From: Mobula hypostoma
Lineage: Eukaryota
NCBI RefSeq assembly: GCF_963921235.1
Contig: NC_086097.1
Location: 992,001 to 1,056,000, forward strand
Reading direction: 5' to 3'
Length of the DNA: 64,000 nt
Numbering within the stretch: position 1 is the first letter of the stretch; every line of letters begins with the position of its first letter. Shown here in pieces: positions 52,727 through 64,000 of this stretch. The notes beneath the pieces are model-generated. The model was not told the DNA's origin. It did not search any database and saw nothing but the letters and a program-made list of their open reading frames with translations. Both the position numbers and the translations under genes were made by a program.

Positions 52727-55126
52727 AGAACCATAGAACATTACAGCACAGACACAGGCCTTTTGGCCCTTCTTGGCTGTGCCGAACCATTTTTCCGCTT
52801 AGTCCCACTGACCTGCACCTGGACCATATCCTTCCATACACCTCTCATCCATGTACCTGTCCAAGTTTTTCTTAAATGTTAAAAGTGAGCCTGCGTTTAC
52901 CACTTCATCTGGCAGCTCATTCCACACTCCCACCATGCTCTTTGTGAAGAAGCTCTCCCCAATGTTCCCTTTAAACTTTTCCCCCCTCACCCTTAACCCA
53001 TGTCCTCTGGTTTTTTTCTCCCCTTGCCTCAGTGGAAAAAACCTGCTTGCATTCACTCTAGCTATACCCATCATGGTTTTATATACCTCTATCAAGTCTC
53101 CCCTCATTCTTTTACACTCCAGGGAATAAAGTCCTAACCTATTCAACCTTTCTCTGTATCTCAGTTTCTCAAGTCCCGGCAACATCCTTGTAAACCTTCT
53201 CTGCACTCTTTCAACCTTATTAATATCCTTCCTGCAATTTGGTGACCAAAACTGAACACAATACTCCAAATTCGGCCTCACCAATGCCTAAATACAATCT
53301 CATCATAACATTCCAACTCCGATACTCAGTACTTTGATTAATAAAGGCCAATGTACCAAAAGCTCTCTTTACGACCCTATCTACCTGTGACGCCACTTTT
53401 AGGGAATTTTGTATCTGTATTCCCAGATTCCTCTGTTCTACTGCACTCCTCAGTGCCTTACCATTTACCTTGTATGTTCTACCTTGGTTTGTCCTTCCAA
53501 CGTGCAATACCTCACACTTGTCTGTATTAAACTCCATCTGCCATTTTTCAGCCCATTTTTCTAGCTGGTCAAAATCCCTCTGCAAGCTTTGAAAACCTTC
53601 CTCACTGTCCGCTACACCTCCAGTCTTTGTATCATATATACATCTTACTTCACCATATACACCTTGGACTTCAACTACTGCATAGAGTCTTGTCATCTTC
53701 AGAAGTTTTCGGATGACTCTGCCATAGTTGGATGCATCAGCAAGGGAGATGAGGCTGAGTACAGGGCTACCGTAGGAAACTTTGTCACATGGTGTGAGCA
53801 GAATTATCTGCAGCTTAATGTGAAAAAGACTAAGGAGCTGGTGGTAGACCTGAGGAGAGCTAAGGTACCGGTGACCCCTGTTTCCATCCAGGGGGTCAGT
53901 GTGGACATGGTGGAGGATTACAAATACCTGGGGATACGAATTGACAATAAACTGGACTGGTCAAAGAACACTGAGGCTGTCTACAACGGTCAGAGCCGTC
54001 TCTATTTCCTGAGGAGACTGAGGTCCTTTAACATCTGCCGGACGATGCTGAGGATATTCTACGAGTTTGTGGTGGCCAGTGCTATCATGTTTGCTGTTGT
54101 GTGCTGGGACAGCAGGCTGAGGGTAGCAGACACCAACAGAATCAACAAACTCATTCGTAAGGCCAGTGATGTTGTGGGGATGGAACTGACGGTGGTGTCT
54201 GAAAAGAGGATGCTGTCTAAGTTGCATGCCATCTTGGTCAATGTCTCCCATCCACTACATAATGTACTGGGTGGGCACAGGAGTACATTCAGCCAGAGAT
54301 TCATTCCACCGAGATGCAGCACTGAGCGTCATGGGAAGTCATTCCTGCCTGTGGCCATCAAACTTTACAACTCCTGCCTTGGAGGGTCAGACACCCTGAG
54401 CCAATAGGCTGGTCCTGGACAAATTTCATAATTTACTGGCATAATTTACATATTACTATTTAACTATTTATGGTTCTATTACTATTATTTATGGAGCAAC
54501 TGCAATGAAAACCAATTTCCCCTGGGATTAATAAAGTATGACTATGACTATCATCAGCAAATTTGCTGATCCAATTTACCACATTATCATCCAGATCGTT
54601 GATATAGATGACAAATAACAATGGACCCAGCACTGATCCCTGTGGCACACCACTAGTCACAGGCCTCCACTCTGAGAAACAATCCTCCACTACCACTCTT
54701 TGGCTTCTTCCATTGAGCCAATGTCTAATCCAATTTACCACCTGTCCATGTATACCTAGCGACTGTATTTTCCTAACTAACCTCCCATGCGGGACCTTGT
54801 CAAAGGCCTTACTGAAGTCCACGTAGACAACATCCACTGCCTTTCCTTCATCCATTTTCTTGGTAACCTCCTCAAAAAACTCTAATAGATTGGTTAAACA
54901 TGTCTTACCACTCACAAAGCCATGTCGACTCTCCCTAATAAGTCACAGTCTATCCAAATACTTATAGATCCTATCTCTTAGTACTCCTTCCAATAATTTA
55001 CCTACTACCGACGTCAAACTTACAGGCCTATAATTTCCCAGATTACTTTTAGAGCCTTTTCTAAATAACGGAACAACATGGGCTATCCTCCAATCCTCCG
55101 GCACCTCACCCGTAGATACCAACATT
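52727..55126 (-). mobile_element. CR1 LINE (family C) RT and 3'UTR, interrupted by Rex1
   Basis: ORFs 52799-53284, 53220-53696, 54460-54915, 54943-55125 match the 2-8 kb copy. Confidence 0.92.
53636..54548 (+). mobile_element. Rex1/Babar LINE RT 3' fragment (second family) with a 6-bp TSD and (tatgac)n tail
   Basis: ORF 53589-54407 LQKFSDDSAIVG…LNVKKTKELVVD…YKYLG…RLYFLRRLRSF; TSD tatcat at 53630-35 and 54549-54. Confidence 0.9.
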
Positions 55127-55321
55127 TAGATACGTCCCACAGAAGAAGTTGTTCTCAAATGACAGAGCTAGGCAATCATGGCTGACAAGAGAAGTTAAGA
55201 ACTGCATAGAAGCCAAGGAAAGGGTACATAAGGTAGCAAAAGTGAGCAGGAAGTTGGATGATTGGGAAGCATTTAAAATCCAACAAAAGGCTACTAAAAA
55301 AGCTACAAGTTAAAAGATGAA

Positions 55322-55570
55322 ATACTTTATAGTCGCCAAACAATTGATACTAGAATGTACAATTATCACAGCGATATTTGATTCTGTACTTCCCGTTCCC
55401 TGGATTACAAGTAATAATAAAAATATTTAAAATAGTAAAAATTAGTAAATATTAAAAATTTAAATTATAAATCATAAATAGAAAATAGAAAATGGAAAGT
55501 AAGGTAGTGCAAAAAAACCAAGAGGCAGGTTCATATATTTGGAGGGTACGGCCCAGATCCGGGTCAGGAT
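55322..55570 (-). mobile_element. Rex1 3'UTR fragment, same family as 15456-16244
   Basis: Reverse complement of 16021-16245. Confidence 0.85.
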
Positions 55571-56875
55571 ATATGAGTGCAAACTAGCCAATAATATAAA
55601 GCAGGATACCAAATAGTTTTTAAACTTATATAGTTTACAGTTTATAAAGTTAAAGAGTAAAAAGGAGGTGACAGTTAATATTGGACCACTGGAAATGATG
55701 CTGGTGAGGTAGTAATGCGAGACAAAGAAATGGCGGATGAACTTAATGGGTACTCTGCATCTGTTCTCACTGTGGAAGACACCAGTAATATGCCAGAGGT
55801 CCTTGAGTGTGAGGGAGCAGGAGTGAGTGCTGGGCAAACTCAAAGGTCTTGAGGTAGATAAGTCACCTGGATCAGATGGACTACATCCCAGAGTCCTGAG
55901 AGACACTGCTGAAGAGATAACGGATGCATTGGTCATAATCTTTCAAGTATCACTTGATTCTGTCATGGTCCCGGAGGACTGGAAGATTGCAAAAGCCACT
56001 CCACTCTTTAAGAAGGGAGGAAGGCAAAAGATAGGAAATTGTAGGCCAGTTAGCCTAACCTCAGTGGCTGGGATAGTGTTGGAGTCCATTATGAAGGATG
56101 AGGCTTTGGGGTACTTGGAGACTAATGATAAAACAAGTCAAAGACAGCATGGTTTCTGTAAAGACATATCTGTTGAGTTCTTCGAGGAAGTAATAAGCAT
56201 GGTGGACAAAGGAGGCAGTGGATATCATTTACTCGGATTTTCAGAAGGCGTTTGATAACGTGCCACATGAGGCTACTTAACAAGATAAAATCCTGCTGTG
56301 TTATAGGAAAAATATTGGCATAGATAGAGGAATGGCTGACAGGCAGGAGGCAGTGAGTGGTAATAAAAGTGGCCTTTTTGGTTGGCTGTTAGTGACTAGT
56401 GGTGTTCCTCAGGGGTCAGAATTGGGACCACTACTTTTCACATTGTTTGTCAATGATTTGGATAATGGAATTGATGGCTTTGTGAAAAGTTTGCGGATGA
56501 TGGTGTAGGTAGTGCTGAGGAAGCAATGTGATTGCAACAGGACTTAGACAAATTGGAAGAAAGGGCAAAAAAAGTGGCAGATGGAATATAGTGTTGGGAA
56601 ATATATGATAATGCATTTTGGTCAAAGGAACAATAGTGTGGACTATTATCTAAATGGGGAGAAGGCTCAAACATCAGAGGTGCAGAGGGACTTAGGAGTC
56701 CTCATGCAAGACTCCCAGAAGGTGAATTTACAGGTTAAATCTGGGTAAAGAAGGCAAATGCAATGTTGGCATTTATTTCAAAGGGAATAGGATATAAAAG
56801 CAAAGGAATTTATAAGACACTAGTCAGGCACCACTCAAGAAAATTGTTAACAGTATCTCAGAAAGGATTTGTTGT

Positions 56876-59800
56876 TGTAATGCCCTGGTTCATATTTTTA
56901 CTGTTATGCTGTATGTATTTCATATAGCAGTTCTGTAAGAGCGGTCTGTTCTGTTTTCAGCTTGTTTGGGTTATTGTTGAAGATAATACTTGGATACATA
57001 CATGGAATTATGATGTAGTTGCCATTACAGAGACTTGGCTGGCACCAGGGCAGGAATAGATTCTCAATATTCCTGGATTTCAGTGCTTTAAAAGGGATAG
57101 AGAGGGTGGAAAAGGGGAGGAGGGGTGGCATTACTGGTCAGGGATACTATTACAGCTACAGAAAGGGTGGGTAATGTAGCAGGATCCTCTTTTGAGTCAA
57201 TAAAGGTGGAAGTCAGGAACAGGAAGGGAGCAGTTACTCTATTGGGGGTATTCTATAAGCCCCCTGGTAGCAGCAGAGATACAGAGGAGCAGATTGGGAG
57301 GCAGATTTTGGAAAGGTGCAAAAATAACAGGGTTGTTGTATCATGGGTGACTTTAACTTCCCTAGTATTGATTGGCAGCTGATTAGTTCCAAGGGTTTAG
57401 ATGGGGCAGAGTTTGTTAAGTGTGTCCAGGACTGATTCCTGTCACAGTATGTGGACAGGCCAACGAGGGGGAATGCCATACTAGATCTAGTACTAGGTAA
57501 CGAACCGGGTCATGTCACAGATCTCTCAGTGGGTGAGCATCTGGGGGACAGTGACCACCACTCCCTGGCCTTTAGCATTATCATGGAAAAGGACAGAATC
57601 AGAAAGGACAGGAAAATTTTTAATTGGGGAAGGGCAAATTATGAGGCTATAAGGCTAGAACTTGCGGGTGTGAATTGGGATGATGGTTTTGCAGGGGAAT
57701 GTACTATGGACATGTGGTCGATGTTTAGAGATCTCTTGCAGGATGTTAGGGATAAATTTGCCCACTGAGGAAGATAAAGAATGGTATGGCGAAGGAACCA
57801 TGGGTGACAAGTGAGGTGGAAAATCTAGTCAGGTGGAAGAAGGCAGCATACATGAGGAATAGGAAGCAAGGATCAGATGGGTCTATTGAGAAATATAGGA
57901 AAGCAAGAAAGGGGCTTAAGAAGGGGCTGAGAAGAGCAAGAAGGGGGCATGAGAAGGCCTTGGCGAGTAGGGTAAGGGAAAACCCCAAGGCATTCTTCAA
58001 TTATGTGAAGAAAAAAAGGATGACAGGAGTGAAGGTAGGACGGATTAGAGATAAAGGTGGGAAAATGTGCCTGGAGGCTGTGGAAGTGAGCGAGGTCCTC
58101 AATGAATACTTCTTTTCGGTATTCACCAATGAGAGGGAACTTGATGACAGTGAGGACAATATGAGTGAGGTTGATGTTCTGGAGCATGTTGATATTAAGG
58201 GAAAGGAGGTGTTGGAGTTGTTAAAATACATTAGGATGGATAAGTCCCCGGGGCCTGACGGAATATTCCCAAGGCTGCTCCACGAGGCGAGGGAAGAAAT
58301 TGCTGAGCCTTCGGCTAGGATCTTTATGTCCTTGTTGTCCACAGGAATGGTACCGGAGGATTGGAGGGAGGCGAATGTTGTCCCCTTGTTCAAAAAAGGT
58401 AGTAGGGATAGTCCAGGTAATTATAGACCAGTGAGCCTTACGTCTGTGGTGGGAAAGCTGTTGGAAAAGATTCTTAGAGATAGGATCTCTGGGCATTTAG
58501 AGAATCATGGTCTGATCAGGGACAGTCTGCATGGCTTTGTGAAGGACAGATCGTGTCTAACAAGCCTGATAGAGTTCTTTGAGGAGGTGACCAGGCATAT
58601 AGATGAGGGTAGTGCAGTGGATGTGATCTATATGGATTTTAGTAAGGCACTTGACAAGGTTCCACATGGTAGGCTTATTCAGAAAGTCAGAAGGCATGGG
58701 ATGCAGGGAAGTTTGGCCGGGTGGATTCAGAATTGGCCTGCCTGCAGAAGGCAAAGGGTCATGGTGGAGGGAGTACATTTAGATTGGTGGATTGTGACTA
58801 GTGGTGTCCCACAAGGATCTGTTCTGGGACCTCTACTTTTCGTGATTTTTATTAACGACCTGGATGTAGGGGTAGAAGGGTGGGTTGGCAAGTTTGTAGA
58901 CACCACAAAGATTGGTGATGTTGTAGATAGTGTAGAGGATTGTCCAAGATTGCAGAGAGACATTGATAGGATGCAGAAGTGGGCTGAGAAGTGGCAGATG
59001 GAGTTCAACCCAGAGAAGTGTGAGGTGGTATACTTTGGAAGGACAAACTCCAGGGCAGAGTACAAAGTAAATGACAGGATACTTGGTAGTGTGGAGGAGC
59101 AGAGGGATCTGGGGGTACATGTCCACGGATCCCTGAATGTTGCCTTACAGGTGGATAGGGTAGTTAAGAAAGCTATGGGGTGTTAGCTTTCAGAAGTTGA
59201 AGGATAGAGTTTAAGAGTCGCGATGCAATGATGCAGCTCTATAAAACTCTGGTTAGGCCACACTTGGAGTACTGTGTCCAGTTCTGGTCGTCTCACTATA
59301 GGAAGGATGTGGAAGCATTGGAAAGGGTACAGAGGAGATTTTCCAGGATGCTGCCTAGTTTAGAGAGTATGCATTATGATCAGAGATTAAGGGAGCTAGG
59401 GCTTTACTCTTTGAAGAGAAGGAGGATGAGAGGTGACATGAAAGAGGTGGACAAGATAATAAGAGGAATAGATAGAGTGGATAGCCAGCACCTCTTCCCC
59501 AGGGCACCACTGCTCAATACATGGCTTTAAGGTAAGGGGTGGGAAGTTCAAGGGGGATATCAGAGGAAGGTTTTTTACTCAGAGAGTGGTTAGTGCGTGG
59601 AATGCACTGCCTGAGTCAGTGGTGAAGTTTAAGAGACTACTAGACAGGTATATAGACGAATTTGAGGTGGGGCCTTATATGGGAGGCAGGGTTTGAGGGT
59701 CGGCACAACATTGTGGGCAGAAGGGCCTGTACTGTGCTGTACTATTCTATGTTCTATGTTCTATAAGAGATAAGGAGAAATGTGTGCTATCCAATTAGGA

Positions 59801-60252
59801 TGGCCAAATTAAGGGAAGGTTCCCCTGGCGAGGGACACTAAGGTTTTTTGGACATAGGGCCTTTGTTTGAGAAGAGGTGAAGAGGGAAGATGCAGGAGAG
59901 AAGAGGTCTTTGACAAAGCCAGGGGCAAGATGAATTGAGGATCAGTGACAATGGAGAAACTTTGAGCTCCAACTTGAGCGCGTTTGACTGTTTCATTAAA
60001 ATGGGCCCTTTTCTTTTGTTTCGTTCTGTTCTTTACTAACCCTTTTGTCAAATTAAGATTCTTAAATATAATTTTTTAATGTGGTTGTACTGTCTGTTAT
60101 TTCATGGCACTAGTTTGTACCAGGGTAGCAAATTACACAGCATCCACACAAACAGGGGTTTGGAGTGGGAGAGTGCCTCAATTTCACGCATTTGGCGGGG
60201 CTGGATGTTGCCATCCCTAGACTTACGCAGCCAAGGAAACCAGCGGGTTTCA
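56876..60252. mobile_element. Probable solo LTR (~600 bp: 56876-56987 plus 59764-60252) split by a CR1-A insertion
   Basis: TG…CA ends with an imperfect inverted repeat (tgtaatgccctgg / ccagcgggtttca); 4-bp flanks ttgt/ttgc; the host CR1 resumes on both sides. Confidence 0.65.
56988..59763 (+). mobile_element. CR1 LINE (family A), 2.8-kb EN-RT copy
   Basis: ORFs 57125-57382, 57451-57768, 57786-59186, 59228-59530; (ttctatg)n tail. Confidence 0.95.
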
Positions 60253-60811
60253 TTGCCATTCGAGAGTCCAGAGGAGGTTCATGAGGACAATTCCGGGAGT
60301 GAAGGGTTAAGATATGAGGAGCGTTTGACATCTTTGGACCAGTACTCACTGGAATACAGAAGGCGGCGAGGGGATCTCATGGAAACCTACCAAATGTTGA
60401 AAGGACAAGGTAGGGTGGATCTGGAGAGGATGTTTCCTTTGGTGGAGGTATCCAGAACTAGAAGGCACAGCCTCAAAACTGAGGGGTGACCCTTCAGAAC
60501 AGAGGTAAGGAAGAATTGTTTTAGCCAGAGACTGGTGAATCTGTGGAATGCTCTGCCACAGACTGCAGTGGAGGCCAAGGTTTTACAGACAACAGTAACA
60601 GGGACATCGAGGAGCAGATAAGGAGACAGATTCTGGAAAGGTGTAATAATAACAGGTTGTCGTGGTGTGAGATTTTAATTTCCCAAATATTGATTGGCAT
60701 CTCCCAATTGCAAGGGGTTTAGATGGGATGGAGTTTGTTAGGTGTGTTCAGGAAGGTTTCCTGATACAATATGTAGATAAGCCTACAAGAGGAGAGGCTG
60801 TACTTAATCTG

Positions 60812-62025
60812 TTGTGGTCCTGAGTCTTCCGATGCAGAGGATGGTCAGTCACTGGTGTGTCTACATACCCAGCTGGCAACACTCCATTGCAGGACCCTGC
60901 AGAGATACCTGTATAGTGACCACCCTCCGAGATGGTACTTTCTCTGCCAGGGCATTGTCTGCAGGAGGGCATATGGATTCCAGCTGCGAGCGTCAGCTGC
61001 GCTGCTCTGTGGGAGCTGCCCTGGTTTTATCAAGAGCTGTTGTGAGTCACAGTCCAGTCAAGATGCTCCTGCATCAGCAGGGGATAATGCCATGGCTGTG
61101 AGAGAGACGGGTCCCCATTCTATTGTGGTGGGTGTTGAGGAGGTGTAGGAATGTGTGGAGGAGGGGGTTCCTGGCTGTGCCAACACCTGTACAGCCAGAA
61201 TTGCTCACTGGACCCAAGGCCTGATAATTCATGTCAGGAGATGGTCCCACATAACGTGAGCTGTCGTGCAGTGATGCCCACTGTGCCTTTCCATGACGTG
61301 CCAAGGCAGTTATTGTATGCGCTGCTCCTGTGCACTTTCATTTCCACGTCTTCATCTGCTGGCCAGACTTGCTGTGGTAGTCTGTTTTGCCACCCGGCAG
61401 CAGAGGAGATCCTCAGTAGAAATCCCGTTGTGCAGGAGTCCTTTTCCTGTACACTAGCTATCTGGGGTGGCAAGTGTTGCACAGGGCAGTACCACGCAAC
61501 AGGTTTTTAAATCAGTCCACTTGACCATTTTGTGGCTGGGAGGAGTCACTGTACCACATTTATATGGAGTGCAAGAGGTTGCAGCCTATATCTGAATATC
61601 AGATGGGGCAGCTCTGCAGCTTTTGGTTACACTTTAGCCCCACACTCCTAATATATGGACACCTGGTAGGGGGCGGGGGTTTGGGCTGCTCAGAGGATCT
61701 ACTGGTTGACTTGCTCCTCGGCCTGACCACAATGGTCAGTCATAGGTCCAGGTGGTGGGCAGTCGTCCTGGGCAGAGCCCTCGACTGCCCGCCCCTTTTC
61801 TTGGGGGTATGTTTGTGCCCGGGTGTCCTTGGAAAGGGAAAACGTGGTCACAATGGGTACAGTTCTGGATTTCCAGGAACAGTAACCCCCCTCCCCTCGA
61901 GAATTGACTATTTTATAAACAGTAATAGCCATATTTTAATTTGAATTTGTTCACTGTCTTGTAAATACTTGATGTTTGTGTTTTGTGTATTTTTGTGTAA
62001 AGTTTTGTAGTTTTGGAAAGAAAAG
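60812..62025 (+). mobile_element. Decayed Tx1-type (L1 clade) ORF2 C-terminus and 3'UTR
   Basis: CLHTQLATLHCRTLQRYLY and LHFSPTLLIYGH…EDLLVDLLLGL resemble Tx1 C-termini; T-rich UTR. Confidence 0.65.
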
Positions 62026-62087
62026 GGGCAGTAATTGAAGAAGTATTAGGGCAGAGAATTCCACAGATTAACTACTCTATGCTACTC

Positions 62088-64000
62088 TAGACCATAAGAT
62101 ACAGAAGCAGAATTGGGCCATTTGGCCCACTGAGTTTTCTCCGCCATTTCATCATGGCTGATCCAATTTTCTACTTGGCCCTAATCTCCTGCTTTCTCCC
62201 CTTATCCCTTCATGCCCAGACCAATCAAGAGTCTATCAACCTGTGACTTAAATATACATAAGGTCTTGGCTTCCACAGCTGCCCGTGGGGAGAATTCCAT
62301 GGATTCACCACTCTCTGGCTAAAGAAACTCCTCCTCAGCTCCATTCTAAAAGGATGCCCCTGTATTCTGAGGCTGTGTCCTCTGGTCTTAGACTGTCCAA
62401 CCATAGGAAACATCCTCTCCACATCCACTTTATCAAGGTCTTTCACCATTCAATAGGTTTCATGAGTCACCCCTCATTCTTCTGAATTCTGGTGAATACA
62501 GGCCCTGAGCCATCAGACGCTCTTCATGTGACAAGCCATTCAATCCTGGAATCATTTTCGTGAACCTCCTTCGAACTCCCTCCAGTTTCAGCACATCCTT
62601 TCTAAGATAAGGGGCCCAAACCTGTTCACAATACTCCAAGTGAGACATCACCGGTGTTTTATAAAGTCTCAGCGTTACATCCTTGCTTTTATATTCTAGT
62701 CCTCTTGAAATGAATATTAACATCACATTTGCCTTCCTCACCACTGACTCAACCTGCCAATTAACCTTTGGGGAATTCTGCACAAGGACCCCCATGCCCC
62801 TTTGTGACTCCGTTTTTTGTATTTTCTCTTCATTTAGAAAATAGTCAACCCTTTCATTTCTTTGATCAAAGTGCATGACCATATACTTCCTGACACTATA
62901 TTCCATCAGCAATTTCTTTACCCATTCTCCTAATTTAAGTCCTTCTGTAGCCTTTTTACTTCTTCAAAACTACCTGCCCCCTCCACCTATGTTCATATCA
63001 TCGGCAAACTGCAACAAAGCCATCAATTGCATCATCCAAAATGGTAAAAGGAATCAGTCCCAACAAAAACCACTGTGGAACACTGCTAGGCACTGTCAGC
63101 CAACCAGAACAGACTCCCTTTATTCCCTCTCTTTGCCTCCTGCCAATCAGCCACTGCTTTATCTATGCTATAATCTTTCCTGTAACACTCTAGATTCGTA
63201 GCTTGTTAAGCAGCCTCATGTGTGGCACGTTTTCAAAGGTCTTCTGAAAATCGAAGTACACAACATTAACCAATTCTCCTTTCTCTGTTGTGCTTGTTAT
63301 TTCTTGAATAATTTGTCAGGCAAGATCTTCCCTTGAGGAAACCATGCTGACTATGACTTATTTTATCATGACACTCCGTCATCTTCCCAACCACAAAGGT
63401 CAGACTAACTGGCCTATAGTTTGCTTTCTTCTGCCCCCTCCCTTCTTGAGGAGTGGAGTGACATTTGCAATTTTTCAGTCTTCTAGAACCATTCCAGAAT
63501 GTAGTGATTCTTGAATGATCATTAATAATACCTCCATGATTTCTTCAGCCACCTCTCTTAGAACTCTGGGGTTGTACACCATCTGGTCCAGGTGACTTAC
63601 TTACCTTCAGACCTTTCTTTTTCCTAAGAATGTTCTCCCTAGTTATGGTAACTTCACAGACTTCATGCCCCTTGACACCTGGATCTTCCACCATACTGTT
63701 AGTGTCTTCCACAAGAAGACTAATGCAAAATACTTACTCAGTTCGTCTGCTGTTTTGTTGCCCCCCCATTACTACCTCTCCTGCTTTGTTTTCCAGCAGT
63801 CTGATATCCACTCTGGCCTCTCTTTTACCCTTTATGTATCAGGAGATACGTTTGGTATCCTCCTGAATATTATTGGCTAGCTTACTTTTGTATTCCATCT
63901 TTACCTTATTATTGACTTTTATAGTTGCCTTCTGTTGGTTTTTAAAAGCTTCCCAATTCTCTAACTTCCCACTAGTTTTTGCTCTATCATATGCCCTCCC
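62088..64000 (-). mobile_element. Old CR1 (family B) RT and 3'UTR
   Basis: ORFs 62225-62449 and 62460-62912. Confidence 0.85.

Larger units (their letters stand above)
49904..56875 (+). mobile_element. Old CR1 (family B-like) remnants hosting Penelope, CR1-C, Rex1 and LTR insertions
   Basis: ORF1 VHVGTND (50020-50454), EN pieces at 51.0-52.3 kb, RT at 55827-56255. Confidence 0.75.

Noticed and set aside
206..59126. Recurrent short antisense ORFs (MDMYPQIPLL…, MNKGTTFASL…, MYSLHHDP…) resembling a gene family
   Set aside because: Shadow frames on the opposite strand of CR1 ORF2 copies.
1..64000. piRNA cluster or TE trap
   Set aside because: TE orientations are mixed and the region is explained as MLH3 introns; it cannot be supported without small-RNA data.

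Overview
Vertebrate genomic DNA, most likely from a cartilaginous fish (probably a ray; inferred from the repeat families, not proven). Roughly 95% of the window is nested transposon debris: at least six CR1-type LINE families (labelled A-F here for convenience only), Rex1/Babar, L1 and Tx1 LINEs, two Tc1 DD34E DNA transposons, Penelope-like elements with minimal hammerhead ribozymes, a tRNA-derived SINE, an RTE-like non-autonomous element and a solo LTR. Hidden inside, and not called as a gene by the ORF track, are five minus-strand coding exons (109, 160, 24, 79 and 152 nt). They splice in frame to the C-terminal endonuclease region of MLH3 (…SQACHGAVKF…[12 protein letters not shown]…), so the whole window lies within TE-bloated MLH3 introns. 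Notable points: a GC donor on the 160-nt exon; inverted near-identical CR1 copies bracketing that exon; a sense-oriented hammerhead with an intact core in an intron; a four-layer TE nest containing a 5'-inverted L1; and several template-switch scars. I found no convincing evidence of a wholly new biological system.
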